DNA from: Desulfatiglandales bacterium
Lineage (GTDB): Bacteria > Desulfobacterota > DSM-4660 > Desulfatiglandales > HGW-15
Assembly (NCBI GenBank): GCA_963667015.2
Contig: CAXXJJ010000001.1
Span: 1,536,001-1,600,000, forward strand
DNA length: 64,000 bases
Direction: 5' to 3'
The translations under genes and the position numbers were made by a program. The notes below the pieces were generated by a model, which saw only the letters and a program-made list of their open reading frames with translations, made no database searches and was not told the DNA's origin. Within the stretch, counting starts at the first letter, position 1; each line of letters begins with the position of its first letter. Positions 62,404 through 64,000 of the stretch are shown piece by piece.

Positions 62404-64000
62404 GTTCCACCGAAGGACAATTTACCGGTATGCTTGAAAGCGCAGATTTTTTTGGGAGTTCAATTACTTCTCTTGGTGACTTTGATGGAGACGGTGTTCC
62501 GGATTTAGCTGTGGGTGCACCAGGTGATAAGACAGGTGATGATAAAAGTGCAGTATGGATACTTTTTATGAATCCTGATGGGACAGTTAAATCACATCAG
62601 AAAATAAGTGCTATTGAAGGGAATTTTTCAGGAGACATAGGAGATAACAGTAAATTTGGTGGAGCAGTAGTTTCTTTGGGTGATCTTAATGGAGACGGCA
62701 TTACAGATTTGGCAGTAGGAGCGTATGACGATTATAATGATGGTGATTCTGATACCGGTTCTGTCTGGATATTATTTCTGAATTCAGATGGGACAGTTAA
62801 CTCACATCAGAAAATAAGTAATACTGATGGATATTTTTCAGGTACTATTAATGCATACGAAAATTTTGGTTCATCATTAACCACTGTAGGAGACCTTAAT
62901 GGTGATGGCACTATCGATTTAGCAGTAGGGGCAAGGAATGACAAGGAAGGGAGCATTAAAAAAGGCGCAGTATGGATACTGCTTTTAAATACTAACGGTA
63001 CAGTTAAATTTCAACAAGAGATAAATTCCACCGAAGGAAATTTTACCGGCGACCTCGATAAGGATGATCTCTTTGGCATTTCTGTTGATTATCTTGGCGA
63101 TTTTGATGGAGACGGCATTGAAGAACTTGCGGTAGGGGCAAGTGGAGATGATGATGTTGGTAGCAGTCAAGGTGCAGTATGGATACTTTCTCTAGATCCG
63201 AATGCTATTGATACTGATCGTGATGGGATTTCCGATAAATGGGAAAATTATTATGGACTTAACTCCAATATAAATGATTCTTTTGCTGATTTGGATAGCG
63301 ATGGCCTCACTAATATCAATGAATACAAAATCGGAACCTACCCAAATAATTTTGATTCGGATAACGATGGCATGCCCGATGGCTGGGAAGTTCAATATGA
63401 CCTGAATCCTCTGGTCAATGATGCCGGCAGGGATCTTGATAATGATGGTCTTTCTAATTTAAAAGAATACCAGGCCCAAACCGATCCTGTCTTGAAAGAT
63501 ACTGATTCTGATGGGATGTCGGATTGGTTTGAGATTACTTATTTTGGTGACACTGCCAGGGATGGTTCCGAAGACTATGACGGTGACGGATTAACCGATT
63601 TTAAGGAGTATCAGTTTGGAACTGATCCGACAAAACAAGACACAGATGGTGATGGTGACAACGATTACGCTGAGTACGCTGAAATCCATAGACCTGCTAT
63701 ACCGGTTATTAATACACAGACAACAGATGTATCGCTGCGTTATCATGAATTCAGGGTAACTGAATATAGTGATCCGGATGGAGATTCCCTGTTTTCCAGT
63801 GAATGGCAGATCAGTACTGACGCGGATTTTACTGATACCGAAATTGTCCTGAATAAAACATTGGAAATGGGTAGCGGCATTATTAACGAAGAAAGCGATA
63901 TCCTGCTCTTTACAATGAGTGAATCCATATTTTTACCGGATCATGAATATTGGATTCGTGTAAAACTGACAGATCGTACAGGTCTTGATTCTTCATGGTC
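62400..64000 (+). CDS. continuation of the S8 protein: 4 more FG-GAP repeats, then TSP3-like Ca-binding repeats; open to window end
   Basis: Frame ATA AGT TCC ACC GAA GGA reads ISSTEGQFTG...GDFDGDGVPDLAVGA...DTDRDGISDKWE...DSDNDGMPDGWE. Confidence 0.85.
   Translation, partial: MSSTEGQFTGMLESADFFGSSITSLGDFDGDGVPDLAVGAPGDKTGDDKSAVWILFMNPDGTVKSHQKISAIEGNFSGDIGDNSKFGGAVVSLGDLNGDGITDLAVGAYDDYNDGDSDTGSVWILFLNSDGTVNSHQKISNTDGYFSGTINAYENFGSSLTTVGDLNGDGTIDLAVGARNDKEGSIKKGAVWILLLNTNGTVKFQQEINSTEGNFTGDLDKDDLFGISVDYLGDFDGDGIEELAVGASGDDDVGSSQGAVWILSLDPNAIDTDRDGISDKWENYYGLNSNINDSFADLDSDGLTNINEYKIGTYPNNFDSDNDGMPDGWEVQYDLNPLVNDAGRDLDNDGLSNLKEYQAQTDPVLKDTDSDGMSDWFEITYFGDTARDGSEDYDGDGLTDFKEYQFGTDPTKQDTDGDGDNDYAEYAEIHRPAIPVINTQTTDVSLRYHEFRVTEYSDPDGDSLFSSEWQISTDADFTDTEIVLNKTLEMGSGIINEESDILLFTMSESIFLPDHEYWIRVKLTDRTGLDSSW

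Noticed and set aside
61975..63660. Tandem DNA repeats resembling an array
   Set aside because: They are coding FG-GAP and TSP3-like protein repeats, not CRISPR repeats.

Overview
A 64-kb bacterial chromosomal window. Gene content and style suggest an anaerobic Desulfobacterota-like organism (inference). I found no rRNA, tRNA, CRISPR array, integrase or transposase. Layout: (i) 1-6.4 kb, small accessory genes, a MITE-like palindromic element and a candidate sRNA. (ii) About 6.5-37.9 kb, an accessory region whose four main operons each start with the same regulatory cassette: a tandem 14-bp GGTCATATATGACC-like palindrome, an IHF-like site about 40 bp before the promoter, and a sigma54 -24/-12 element 129-132 bp from the first box. 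These operons encode an lmo0937-like peptide, HflK/HflC, two B12-dependent radical SAM enzymes, LapA, MlaE/F/D/C (MlaF fused to a degenerate GGDEF domain), an internally deleted groES plus groEL, two GT4 glycosyltransferases, two GH130 enzymes and FtsH, followed by a small HTH protein and HU. An unrelated block interrupts the region and encodes a secreted Ada-Zn/C2/PASTA/TPR protein. (iii) 38-64 kb, a LysM amidase, adenylate cyclase, MscS, an esterase, a UGA-readthrough UGSC-type selenolipoprotein with a SECIS-like hairpin, an octaheme HAO-like cytochrome, an antiporter-RCK-PTS EIIA fusion, zur-znuACB, comF, a DUF1998 helicase-exonuclease fusion, and a frameshifted S8/FG-GAP/TSP3 surface protein running off the end. 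The best candidate for an undescribed system is the four-promoter sigma54 regulon and the envelope, lipid and glycan remodelling genes it appears to control. All family calls come from motif recognition by eye, with no database searches.
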